Assembly: GCA_000708835.1 (NCBI GenBank)
Contig: DF237555.1
Coordinates: forward strand, 1-53,337
Direction of reading: 5' to 3'
DNA from: Klebsormidium nitens
Taxonomy: Eukaryota > Plantae > Klebsormidiophyceae
DNA: 53,337 nt
In this document: positions 12,498-28,806 of the stretch, in pieces
Layout of the letters: each line of letters opens with the position of its first letter
Numbering within the stretch: the first letter of the stretch is position 1
Position numbers and translations under genes: made by a program
The notes under the pieces: generated by a model
Seen by the model: the letters and a program-made list of their open reading frames with translations, nothing else
Databases searched by the model: none
Told to the model about the DNA's origin: nothing

Positions 12498-13576
12498 CGA
12501 CGGCCGGTATCTGTCACCCTCATGCCGGGGTGAGTGAGCACGACAGACCTCCGGCCCTCCGCAGGACAGTTTAGCAACACTTCTTCACCTGGTCCTCGGA
12601 GAGTGCATATCGACGGAATGTCTGCAAACCCTGTCTGGGGCATGGCCCACTGCAAGAGCTAGCCTGTTGGACAATCGATTGTAGTCGAGGCTTCCGCTGT
12701 TAAGCAGACACAGGTCATTCACTGCCTTTGGGAGGTTCAGGCGGTCCATCGATGAGGTCAACCCATGCATTCCTTAGCCGCCAGCTATGAGGAGCTTGTA
12801 TCGAATTGGTGACTCGATGAATCGATACTATTGTGCAGCTGATTCAGCCTGCATCGTGCTTTTGCTGAATTAAACTAACAGAATTCTATGCATCTTGCAA
12901 GTCACACTTGCACTAGGTTTTCAATGGACATGAAAAGTGAAAAATGAAATATGACATCTGCTTCTTAAAGAGCATGCATGGTTCACAGTTCACAGTCAGG
13001 GCTGTCTGCCACTTTCGGGAAATTGAATCGCAATGTTACACCCATTTCGTTGATCGCAGGCTTGTACAACATACTTGTAAAATCTGTGAAATAGGGTTAA
13101 CATGACTCTCAAATCATCACGTACATGCGGACGGTCCGAACGGTGGACTGACGATCATGTAGTCCATGGTGCATGTTCTCGCAATGGGATCTAGTGAATG
13201 TTTCCAGCAATTATCCAGTGCCAATTTCCACCACAAACATATGAACGACCTAATTCGCTACCAGCATATCAGAGCTAGCTGACGCCATGACTGGCCTGGA
13301 TAGAGCCCCTGATCATTAATGAGTCCTCGTCGAGTCATTAACGGCTCGTTAGCATGCAGTTTAAACTGAAAGCTTTGTCTTGTTTGGCACTTTGGTAACT
13401 AGATAGACGTCGTGGAAGAGCCTATGAAAGCCTTTTCAGTCCAAGGCGTCGAAGCCGTGTTCATTTGCGCGAAATTGCGAGTCCTACAGGGTCCCCTGCA
13501 TCCAACTTCGAACTGTGTGAAGTCAATTGAACAGCGCCTAGTTAGCAGAGTGGCCCACGGTGGCATTTGCTTAAGA

Positions 13577-13752
13577 CTTCAATTTAGGTAAAGTAAGCTT
13601 CAGGTAAAGTAAGCCAAGCAGCCTGGGACGGGTGGGGTTAGTTCGGGGGTTAGGGTGGGTTCGGGTGCGGAGCGGGTGATTTTCAGGGTTAGGTTTTTAG
13701 TGTTAGGCTGGGAGCTTACTATACCTCGAGCTTAACTTTACCTAAATCGAAG
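13577..13752. mobile_element. MITE-like cassette: ~39-bp imperfect terminal inverted repeats around a G-tract/telomere-like core
   Basis: Left arm CTTCAATTTAGGTAAAGT-AAGCTTCAGGTAAAGTAAGC (from 13577) versus reverse complement of 13714-13752, CTTCGATTTAGGTAAAGTTAAGCTCGAGGTATAGTAAGC. The core has 8 G>=3 tracts (13625-13676) plus TTAGGG/GGGTTAGG words. No clear TSD. Confidence 0.7.
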
Positions 13753-14486
13753 GGACATGCATTTGCTCCCGGCTGACACGAGGCCGATGGGCCTTAGTAA
13801 CTACTTTTGAAAGATTTTCTTAGATCGTACTAGAATTCTGTTTAATCAGGGTCGCTTGCGTATCCGTCCATGGACGCAATTTGAACGATCACGTGCTTCG
13901 ACGAAGGAATTCGGGTCCCGGGAATCACGGTGGCCGCCTATACCGCGACACTCAAATTCACCGATCAGACTCACCGATTCACCGATCAAACCGGCGGGCA
14001 GCGGGCAGCCGGGGCGGCTCGCCGTCCGCCCGGCCCCCAGCGACCTGCCAGGCAGCTGGCCCGGCAGGGCCCAGGGCCCATACTCGGGCCCGCCCGGGGC
14101 CACAACCGTGTACCATGCACGTACAGTTACGGCGCTCATTATGAAAAGTACCGGAAGTAGACTCAGAGACTTCAAAGTTCAAACCTGTTCGCAGGCTGGC
14201 ACTGGCAGCGGTCAATTTCTTGATCGAAACGATTTCAAATGGAGGCCGCGTCGCTCTGCCAACTACCTAGAAATACAATGGGGAGACAAACTGTGGGTCT
14301 GGACTCTGGACAGAGGCGGCGGCTGCTACGAAAAGCTGGAGAAGTCATTGATTGGATGAGAAAGAGCTTCACATCGCAACATGATGAGGGTATTATCGTA
14401 TGAGGCCGCTGACAATCCATGCTGTCATGCTTGACAGGAGGATCATTGTCCCCCCTGCCGGTCGTTGGGAGAGTTGCGATTGGTAG

Positions 14487-17400
14487 ATGGCTTCCCTGTG
14501 TGGTACAAACAGCTCGGTGAGATGGAAGCCTCCGGTTCTTGACGAGATTGGGGTGGTCTGTCTTTCCTCCCACACCAGCGGGGACAGGAGTGATCTCTCC
14601 CCAGAGTGCTCATGGGATGCTCATCTGCGCGCCGGCACACCTGACGACCTGCCTTCTGGCGACAGTACCGCGTGCTCCTGCTCCGACAGTGACGAGGGCA
14701 TGAGCGACGGCAGCCCCAGGGACTGCCCCTTTGAGCTTCTCCCGGTACAGCGCATGCCCGCCCGCTTCCCCTTGCTGGACCTCACTGGTGCAGCGGCGGG
14801 GTCGCAGGTGTCCGGTTCAGGAGCACAGGGGGCACACCGGGAAGCAGAATGCACAACTGCAGAGGGCAGACAGGGCAGGGACGGCGGCAGCGGCCAGGCT
14901 GGGGAGTGGCTGGGGGGCAGGGAGCAGGAGGGAGAGGCCGCCGGTGCTGCGGCGCCTGATCTGCCCCTCAAGAGCTTGACACTGGGAGATCTTGTGTTTT
15001 TGCGCTTGTTGGGGTCAGGAGCGGTGAGCAGACGCCTCCACATTTGCCGAGGGGGCATGTGCCTGCAGGGTGAAAGAGCCTGATCGAGGTCAGGGGAAGG
15101 GCTCTTGCAACAAGCTCGACAAATGCACCAAGCATTTGGGGCAATCTGTGATGACCCAGGCGTTGCTTAATACCTTTCTGGCTTTCCCGTGCAGTATGGG
15201 AAGGTGTTCCTTGTGGAAGACCGCAGGAGCGGCGCGCGTTACGCCCTCAAACACCTCAGCAAGGCTGTGGCCGTGCAGATTCCCCGCAATCTGATTGGTA
15301 CGGCCTGACTCAGAGCAGCACATTATCCCCATCAACTCAGTCAGCTCTAACTTGAGTGGAGGGCTTTGTTTTGCGTCTCTCTTTACTTGTGCACCCTGCG
15401 TTGTCGTGCGGCACTGTGTCCAGCTGTGGGGAGCAGGGGGAGGGAGAGGCTCTGCTCCTGCGGATGACCTTTTTGAGCCGTGCCCCGCTTGTGCACGGCC
15501 GCCGCGGTGAATGGATCTTGGTTGGACTCCCCGTTTAGCAAAATGTAGCCTGAGACTTGGGCTCAACGGAGCATCTTGACAAACGGAGCAGGGTTCCGTT
15601 GATGCCACAAGGGAGTCCTGCCGGTCTTCGTCTCTGTTGCTGCGGTCCCCTCCTTGCCCCGTCCTGCTCACCGTGTGGCCCCTGTTCCAGACGAGGTGCG
15701 CGCCATGAGTGCCGCCGAGGGCTGCCCCTTCACCGCCCGCTTGCTCAAGACGTTTGTCGACGCCTCTGCGTTCCACCTGCTGCAAGATGCCATCCTGGGG
15801 GGCGAGCTGTTCACTAGGGTCGTCTCCAGTGCCGATGTGAGCAGCTCCTTAGCCGCACTTCACGCCACAGGGGGCTCACCGCCGTGCACCTCTGGTGGAC
15901 TGGCTTCCCTTTTCCAATCATTGCTGGGTAGAGCTGCCCGGGTGGCAGTGCTCGAGCGCTCGGGCTGTCGAAGCCCCCACCCCCTGCCAGTGCTGCCACG
16001 TCCGATGCTCAGCTACAGAATGTGACACTAGCTTCACCAAGAAGCCCCTGGCCGCAGCCCACTGGAGGAAATGAAGCAGACAAACGCGTGCATAAAGATG
16101 CCGGCCTGACTCCTCCTACCAGGCCCAAGTTGGTTTGGAGGAGAATGCGCAAGGACATACGCTTCACTCCGTGCAGGGGCGATTGGACGAGGGGACGGCG
16201 CGCTTCTACCTGGCCTGCGCTGTCACCACCCTGGCCAGCCTGCACACCCGCGGCATCCTGCACCGGTGAGCTGTGCCCCCCGCTGTCCCACCCGACCAGG
16301 AGCAGGCTGTGCCTCGCCGCCGGCGGGGCTGCCGCGGCCCCCGCGTGAAACTGCTGGCTGGTGCTGCCGTCGGGGCTGCGTCTGACGTGCGCATGGTGGG
16401 CCCCCCGTGCGTGCAGGGATGTGAAGCCGGAGAACCTGCTCCTGGCGGCGGACGGCTACCTCACGCTGGTCGACTTTGGCGCCGCCTGCAAGTACGGCCC
16501 CGGCCACGAGGCGCGCACCGTCACCTTCTGCGGCACCGCCGACTACCTGGCGCCCGAGGTACGCCCCCGCCCACAGCCGCACCTCCGCACCTGCCGCTGC
16601 TCTCCCCCTGCGCGTGCTCCCTACCCCGCCTGGGCCCCTCTCTGGCCACGTGTGCTGGGCTGGTGCTCATGATCCTGCCAGCCCGCCTCTTGCGGCGCTG
16701 CACCGGCTCCCCCCTCTCCCCGGGCTGCCCCGTGCTGGCCGCCGTCCCCTGTGCCGCCCCTCCTTGCTGCGCTGCTGACTGTGTGGGGCCGCTCCTGCAG
16801 GTGCTGCTGCAGCGGCTGTACGAGTGGGGCCCCGCTGCGGACTGCTGGGCGCTGGGGGTGACGCTCTTCTTCATGGTCACCGGCCGCCTGCCCTTTGCTG
16901 TGCCGGACGCGAGCCGCACTGTGGGCACCGGCAGCCCGCGCCTCGCGGACCCGCGCTTCAACTTCCCCGCCGACCTCCAGCTGTCGGCGGCGGGGCGGGA
17001 CTTAGTGGGCCGCCTGCTGGAGAGGAACCCCCGAGCACGCCTAGGGGGCGGACCCGCAGGTGAGCGCCACACAATGGCCGGGGCGGGCCTGGGCATCCAC
17101 GGTCGGAGATGCGCTGCCCCCAAAAGGGCGCGTGGGAGACGGGGCCCGAGGCATTGTCTGGCAGCGTACTGTGGCCGCCGTTTGAAGCTGGCCGAGGAGC
17201 TTGTGATGGAGTCGCCGCCAGCCCCGGCAAGCGCAGGGCTGGGATTTGGCGAGGCCGTTCTAGGCACCCCTTTCTTGTTGGTGATTGCGAGTGTGGTTCT
17301 GTGGGCGCAGGTGCCATGGAGATCAAGGCACACCCGTGGTTCGCGGGACTGGACTGGGCAGCCCTGGAGCGCAGAGCTGTCCCCGCCCCGCCCAACCCCG

Positions 17401-17677
17401 GCCGCCGCGCGTCGCTGGACGCCGGCACGCCGGGCAGCGAGGGGGCGACCGCACGGACCGCGACATGCGTGGCCGGGGTGCCGTCCCCCGTGGACCGNNN
17501 NNNNNNNNNNNNNNNNNGGACACGTTCTTCGGGGAGGAGAAGTGGCGCGAGGAAGGCGGCCGCGAGAAGGAGGCCGCGGCGCGCAGGATGGCGGCGCTGA
17601 TGCGGCAGGCAGAGGCGCGCAGGAGAGACGAGGAGGAGAGGGAGAGGGTGTCGCCGCGCAGTGTACGAATACTCTGA
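14487..17677 (+). CDS. AGC-group Ser/Thr protein kinase, divergent PKA/PKG/S6K-like catalytic domain (20-N gap 17498-17517 in last exon)
   Basis: Spliced motifs: LGSGA|YGKV, YALK, IDEVRAM, GGELF, ARFY, LHR|[38 protein letters not shown]|[16 protein letters not shown]. About 165-aa low-complexity N-terminus; start codon uncertain. Confidence 0.85.
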
Positions 17678-19006
17678 TAAGGGGGAGAAGGCCCGCCACC
17701 GACAGTCTGTACAGTAACCGTCTAAGTCTGACTGTAAAGTCGAGTTGACAAATAGAGAGGTCCATTGTCAACGGAACTGCCTAGTAGTGTCATAAAATCG
17801 TCGACAGTCTTGTTGCAGACTGCTTATCCATGGATGAACCATATCGGACCAGACCTGTCCAAATCCTTAGTCCAAATCCTTCTCAGTGCCAATTCGAAGA
17901 ATTATGACACATACCTACTCATGTACATATGCGACGATTGGGAACATGCATGTATCGCACACGCTCATTTGCAGTCGCTATAGCATAGTTCGTCGAATTA
18001 TACGGAGCTAGTAGGCTAGTGCTTCAATACGTTACATCACGGCGCCATATATGCACAAGTGTTGCTCATATGCAGGATGAACGGAATAGATCTGTCTGAA
18101 TTGCGTCTATCATTGCACTGATCATGCATACGTCCAATCAAACTGACATTTAGGCAATTGACCTTGCATGCATGTGCAATTGCGAGTAATTGGCATTTCG
18201 CATGTGCATGGACATACTAACGTACCGGCTGAATCGATCGAACGTTTCCAGTTTATCTTGCGCATGCGCCATGTGCAGACAGTCAACATAATTTTGGATC
18301 TTTTGAATCCGTTTTCCATAGCATTGCAAGTTTTCGGTTTCAACACTTTGCATGTGCGGTCTTGCATGATACTAACCGTATTCAAAGACACTTAATATTT
18401 TATTGATGTAATCATGACACACCGACACTGAATACGATCAAATTTGTCACAAACAACGATCAGTTCGATGAATTGCTCAAGGTTGCAGTTTTGAAACAAC
18501 TGTGGTTGAGTGAACGGTAGGTACTGACGTAAGACACATCGGATCTGTTACAAATCACTGCAATTAATGCGTGCATGGTGCCATTTGCTCAAAACTAAGC
18601 TGTCAAAAACTTTTGTTAAGTAAGCTTCTAACGCTTACTTCGTCGTGACAATGATGCCGTTGAAATCTCAGCACAATCTCCCTGATAACCAGACGCAGAA
18701 ACTTTCCCACCGCAGCCAATTTTGCCAAGGACTGGATGTCGTGTACACTACCTGCATCTCTCCCGCGTGCTTCGAAAGTAACAAGAAAACTCTCTCGACT
18801 ATCAAAGCCGTCCAAGGATGGTTGCGACTCTCGCAAGCGAAAATCGATTGTCATCCAATGACATCCCCTGATTTTACAAGGCTTTTGAGACGGATCACTG
18901 GACTCCTATATTAGGTGCCTGACTCTGACTTTGCATGCAAGGTTGCAAGCTTTGACCTCCGTGTGGACAATGCAAGTGCTTTCCCCGGGCTGCATGTTCC
19001 TCCGCC

Positions 19007-22000
19007 CTACGCGTTGACCACCATGCCCCCTGCGCAGGTGCACACAACAGGAGGTCAGCCTTGACCACCCCTCGGACGAGGAGCAGCAGGCGACATGTAA
19101 CGACCACGCTGGAATCCCAGAGCAACTTGAGGGGAGCAGGCGGTGCTCTGACCGAGCGGAGCAGGGAGCCCACCGAACATTTGTGGAAAGACTACCGGCG
19201 TCCTCAGCACAGGCGGTCCGCAAGAACAAGTCGGTTCTGCAGCCTGCACCCTTGTGTCCGCCAACACTGACGTCTGGTTCCACCACAAGGCTTGCACCTG
19301 CGCTTTCGGAGACGGTTACTGCCCACCCCTGCGCATGCGGGTCTTTGCTCACCGTTGGGGTGGATGACCTGGCCGGTGATGTACGACGCGTCGGCCGAGG
19401 CCAGGAACACGTACGCCGGCGCGACCTCGCTGGGGTGCCCCGCGCGGCCCAGCGGCGTCTCCTCCCCGAACTTGGCCACCTTCTCCTCGGGGAACGTGGC
19501 GCTGATCAGCGGCGTCCATATCGGGCCGGGGGCCACGCCTGCACACAGCCACGCATGGGGAAGCGCGTCACGCAGGGGGGCAGACTGAACCAGCGGGCAG
19601 CGGGCTGCGGACTGCGTAGTCAGTGTCAATAAATTGGGTCCAATGCGATTCGTGCCAGATTTGAACCAGAGGCTGTGTTTACTAGAAACACTTCGAATCC
19701 GTGCAAACTTCCTCAAGTCAAACCTAGCAACCCGCAAATCCGCTCTACACAGCCCTTTTTAGCAGACACGAAACTACAGACTGCAACAACAGCAGTTTCG
19801 CCCAAGTCAGGCCCAACAACGGAGGTGCCTGAGCCAGTCACGAGACAGGAGTGCGGGAGAAGAGCCACACCGTTGACGCGGATGTTGCGAGACGCGAGGT
19901 TGAGCGCGAGGGCGCGCGTGAAGGCGACGTTGGCGCCCTTGGATGCGGTGTAGTCGATGAGCTGCTTGTTGCCCTTGTACGCGTTCACGCTGGCCGTGTT
20001 GATGATACAGCCGCCCTCCGGCATGGCCGGCAGCAGGTGCCGCGTCAAAAAGAACTGGCTGTACACGTTCGTGCGGAACGTGCGCTCCACCTGCACCCAC
20101 CGCAGCAGCAGTCGGTTGTGGCGCGGAAGATTTCCGCAGAGGACAGCGGAGCAGTCGAAGGCAGCAGCAGGAAGCAACCTTAGACGAAGCTCCAGGGTCT
20201 GGCTCGCACCAACCGACAGGAGGAGTTTAGTGCCTCACAAGCTCACAAGGGTGTAGCATGTGCACGCTTACCGTCTCTGGCGACAGCTCCTCGAACTTTT
20301 GCACGGCATGCTGTTCGCCCGCGTGGTTCACCTGATCAACACATACCCGGGTATGCCGTCAGTTGACCCCAGGACATGGGCGATGCACATCCAGTTGGGG
20401 GGGCTCTCTCAACGACTGTGGCTTTCACTTTCAGTACCCAGTTGGGGGGGCTCTCTCAACAACTGTTGCTTTCACTCTCAGTACGTTTAGAAAGTCTTAC
20501 TGACAACGGGGGAAACTGCGCTGGTGGCGAGAGTCAGCAACCTTAGAAACGGATACCATCAAAGGAAGGCCGTCTTTTGCTGTGCGGCCTCATGTGAGCC
20601 CCTCTGCCCCCATAATGGCAGGGTTGCCACACACTGCAACACAGAGGCGCAGGCCCCTCCCCTTACCAGGATGTCGATCCGGCCATGGTCGCGTAGGAAG
20701 GCGTCGGCCACCTGCTTGCACTGGTCGTCGTAGCCCAGGTCCGCTGCGTACTTGGTGGCCTTGCGCTTCCCGCCCGCCACCTCGGCCAGCAGCGCCAGCG
20801 TGTCCTCCACGTCCTTCTCCTCCTGGCCCGCCACGTACGTGATGCCCACATCAGCACCTTCCATGGCAAACAGCGCGGCCACGGCGCGACCGATGCCCGA
20901 GTCGCCACCTGGAAGCATGCAAGGGACACCCGAAATTGAAGGGGGCCAATGCAGCTTGCACCAACAACGTTGGCAGTGGCGGAGGGAGCAACTCCCAGGG
21001 ATAACGGCCAAGCATTGCAAGGCCCGAGCTTTCATTACAGCAATGAGGTGTTGCAGGATAGACAATCGAAGAAAGAATGTGCCATGTTGGTTCAGAACCC
21101 ACATTCAGCACACAAAATGGAAACGATCTTTTTCGCCAACCTCAATGGCCCACACTTCAAAAGAAGCAGAAGTAGACCTGTCATCAGAGTTGTGAACAGG
21201 CCAATTCAGCCATGATTGTTGCAGACTGTTTTATCCTGGAGGCTCTGCTGCTCATTACGAGTCCCCTCGAAATGGCCACAAGGGCCTTTTCCTTTGTGTG
21301 TTTCCGTTCATTTTATGGCCACACAGCACCATAAGGACATATCCAGTGAGGCACCATGCCATGCTCTGTGTCCGTGACACGCAGGGACGCATGGCACCCC
21401 ATTCCCTGAGGAACAGCAAGTGCTCTGTTGATTTGCATGCACTGGCACATGCATGCACGCTGTCAGAGGCACCCCCGCAACAAGTCTTCAGCTTAATTCC
21501 AGCCCCCACTTCTCTTCCCCACCCCGGTGCAGCATGCATGCACCAGTGGGCTGCTTCCCCCGCTGTCCTCCCCTGCGGCCTCACCTGTGATCAGTGCCTT
21601 CTTGCCCTCCAGCTTGCCCGCTGCCTTGTAGTGCTGCGGAATAGTCTCTGGCTTCACTGCCATCTTGTGCTCCTTCCCTGGCTGCATATCCTGGCGCGCC
21701 TTCTCTTCACCCGCCTCGAACCCGGTGGCTTGGGAGCCAGAAGGGGTCTGGGCCGCCATTATGGACAGGGTTCTGGTGACGGATTTACGCGGGGATTGGC
21801 CGGAGCTGGGCTGCTGTGGGACCTGCTTCAGGGCGGGGCTCACAAGGAGGCGGCGCAGGCTCGACGGGGTCGTCCCAGGCAGCGAGAAACCACCAGCTGC
21901 ACTACGCGCAACCGACGCGTCGCAGGACAGGCGGAACAAGGAGGGGGAGCCTGAGGCGAGCTGTGGCGCAGCAGGCAGGCGGGTGGCAGCAGACTGCAGG

Positions 22001-22074
22001 CGACCCAAGGAACGCGAGGCGGTGGCGAGCGTGCAAGGCGTCATGGGGAGGGGCGCCAACGAATGCAGCTGCAC
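19007..22074 (-). CDS. Short-chain dehydrogenase, glucose/ribitol dehydrogenase (ChlADR / bacterial general-stress YdaD-like) with long transit-like N-terminus
   Basis: YKAAGKLEGKKALIT|GGDSGIGRAVA...DIL|VNHAGEQH...|VERTFRTNVYS...NTASVNAYKGNKQLIDYTASKG (YxxxK)...RVN|GVAPGPIWTPLI...TPLGRAGHPSEVAPAYVFLAS...ITGQVIHPN|GGMVVNA*. TAG at 19007-19009. Start could be 22074 or a downstream Met. Confidence 0.9.
20391..20484. repeat. 47-bp intronic tandem duplication
   Basis: CCAGTTGGGGGGGCTCTCTCAAC(G/A)ACTGT(G/T)GCTTTCACT(T/C)TCAGTAC, two copies at 20391-20437 and 20438-20484 with 3 mismatches, in an SDR intron. Confidence 0.9.
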
Positions 22075-22411
22075 TTTTCAATCTTTTGGACGTTATAACT
22101 GTTTTCACTGCACCTGGAGCAAACGTACAGCAACTCCGAGCTAGCTAACCACCGGCACCTACCGTATAGGACCTGTAGCTGTGATTGGTACCGTACGCAC
22201 TGCGCAGCCCGTTGTGGCGTTCGCTGCATGCACGATGGGAGGTAACCTGTAAGCTCTTCTGTTTGAACATGGCTTGGGACCTTGCTTGGGACCTTGCTTT
22301 GCTTGCTCGCTTGCAAGTTGCATCATGCATATACGTCGTCCGTTTTGCATGCGAATCCCAGCATTTAGTGCTTGCACGAGCCTCTTGTGCCAACTCCGGC
22401 CCGCTTAACAG

Positions 22412-23045
22412 TTAAGGTAGAAGTATGGCATTCAANNNNNNNNNNNNNNNNNNNNNNNNNNNNNNNNNNNNNNNNNNNNNNNNNNNNNNNNNNNNNNNNN
22501 NNNNNNNNNNNNNNNNNNNNNNNNNNNNNNNNNNNNNNNNNNNNNNNNNNNNNNNNNNNNNNNNNNNNNNNNNNNNNNNNNNNNNNNNNNNNNNNNNNNN
22601 NNNNNNNNNNNNNNNNNNNNNNNNNNNNNNNNNNNNNNNNNNNNNNNNNNNNNNNNNNNNNNNNNNNNNNNNNNNNNNNNNNNNNNNNNNNNNNNNNNNN
22701 NNNNNNNNNNNNNNNNNNNNNNNNNNNNNNNNNNNNNNNNNNNNNNNNNNNNNNNNNNNNNNNNNNNNNNNNNNNNNNNNNNNNNNNNNNNNNNNNNNNN
22801 NNNNNNNNNNNNNNNNNNNNNNNNNNNNNNNNNNNNNNNNNNNNNNNNNNNNNNNNNNNNNNNNNNNNNNNNNNNNNNNNNNNNNNNNNNNNNNNNNNNN
22901 NNNNNNNNNNNNNNNNNNNNNNNNNNNNNNNNNNNNNNNNNNNNNNNNNNNNNNNNNNNNNNNNNNNNNNNNNNNNNNNNNNNNNNNNNNNNNNNNNNNN
23001 NNNNNNNNNNNNNNNNNNNNCTTGAATGCCATACTTCTACCTTAA
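22412..23045. mobile_element. TIR DNA transposon (probably non-autonomous) with TTAA target-site duplication; interior is an N gap
   Basis: TTAA (22412-22415) + GGTAGAAGTATGGCATTCAA (22416-22435) + N gap + TTGAATGCCATACTTCTACC (23022-23041) + TTAA (23042-23045). Perfect 20-bp inverted termini. Confidence 0.85.
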
Positions 23046-23069
23046 CTTCTCAGATTCTCAATTGTTTCA

Positions 23070-23366
23070 AGGTATTAAAGCACCCGGGGGAACGGGTGGG
23101 GTTAGTCTGATGGTTTACTGTAACAGGGTGGGTGGCAGGTGCGGCCGGAGCGTTAAGGATTGGGTTAGTTTTGGTTGAGCTGCCCGGGGCTTTGCATATT
23201 GGTACACGGTACATGCATTCTATGAAGAGTGTCTGCCAGGCAAGTTGTACCTTTTGGAAGGGCGGGTACCGCCGGGTAGGGTTGGTAAAGGAGGTTTAAG
23301 AGTGGGTGCGGCTGCGGAGCGCATTATGTTTTGGGTTAAGGGTTTGGTTGTGGTGCCCGGGGGCTT
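23070..23366 (+). repeat. Degenerate tandem copies of the G-rich cassette related to 13577-13752
   Basis: Exact 15-mer ACGGGTGGGGTTAGT shared (13628-13642 and 23092-23106). GGTGCGG..GGAGCG...TTGGGTTA...TTGGTTG..TGCCCGGGG occurs twice (about 23138-23193 and 23302-23366). Short IR AAAGCACCCGGG / CCCGGGGCTTT. Confidence 0.65.
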
Positions 23367-24116
23367 CTTGTCGAACAGTCTGCTGTTTCGTCTGCTTGTA
23401 CGTGAAGTCTGCTTGTACGTGAACCGATCATATCTGAAACCAAGTATCGGACGATCCTTCTTCTAAGAGAAACCCTGTAGGCTAGGACTCCTACGGACTC
23501 CTACGGACTCCCGACCGTGAGATCCGTTTACCCCGCACCGTCGATGATGGTCAGTTACGCGGCCCTTCCAGAGCGTTCGGACGATTGTTCGGAACTTCGG
23601 GGTCCGAATCGAAGACCAAATTTCTTACCGTACTAAAGTTGGCCGGGGCCGGGGAGTCGGGACTCGAGAGTCGTCGAGACGGCCAGTATCTCGGTATCCT
23701 ACCTAGGTAGTACCTACTTACCGGCAGTGGGGCTGCCGAACTGAGCGCAAGGCAGGTGCTCATGAGAGCCGGGGCACCGACTCCCGAGCACTGTACAAAA
23801 GTGTCCGACGCGACTTGTGCAGGGCTGCTTGACCCGAGTGACGTTGAACCGCCTAGTCTAGTGTCCGTAGCTTCGGGTTGCGCCTAGTCCCAGGCTGAGG
23901 TTGGATCGAACGTGAAGGCGTTGATCGCCAGGGAGGGCTGAGGAACGGTGATAGCACTCGACAAGCAGGTATTACCATCAGATCATAGAGGGGCGCATCA
24001 GTCGTCGTTCGAGCTCCGCCTGCAAAGTAAACGCCTGCAAAGTGTTGTTAATCTTTGGTCCGAAAGCAATTGTTGGTCAAGAACGCAGCTGCGCAGGAAA
24101 AGTTTTTGCATTGAAA

Positions 24117-28806
<4,690 letters not shown>

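Noticed and set aside
6261-12655. Numerous long overlapping Pro/Arg/Ala-rich ORFs on both strands (also 14000-17800, 25700-28900, 30500-33900, 48700-52200)
   Set aside because: Shadow frames of very GC-rich spliced genes; stop scarcity is explained by composition.
17940-18400. Clusters of CATGCA (RY-like) motifs near the stress-type SDR gene
   Set aside because: TGCATG words are abundant in all introns and intergenic DNA of this window, so there is no local specificity.
20283-20330. SDR motif VNHAG instead of VNNAG
   Set aside because: A single substitution with the TGGDSGIG and YxxxK motifs intact; within ordinary family variation.
22372-23045. ORF-track entries of 206-217 aa
   Set aside because: They are runs of X across the N gap; the same applies to the entries spanning 34461-36142.
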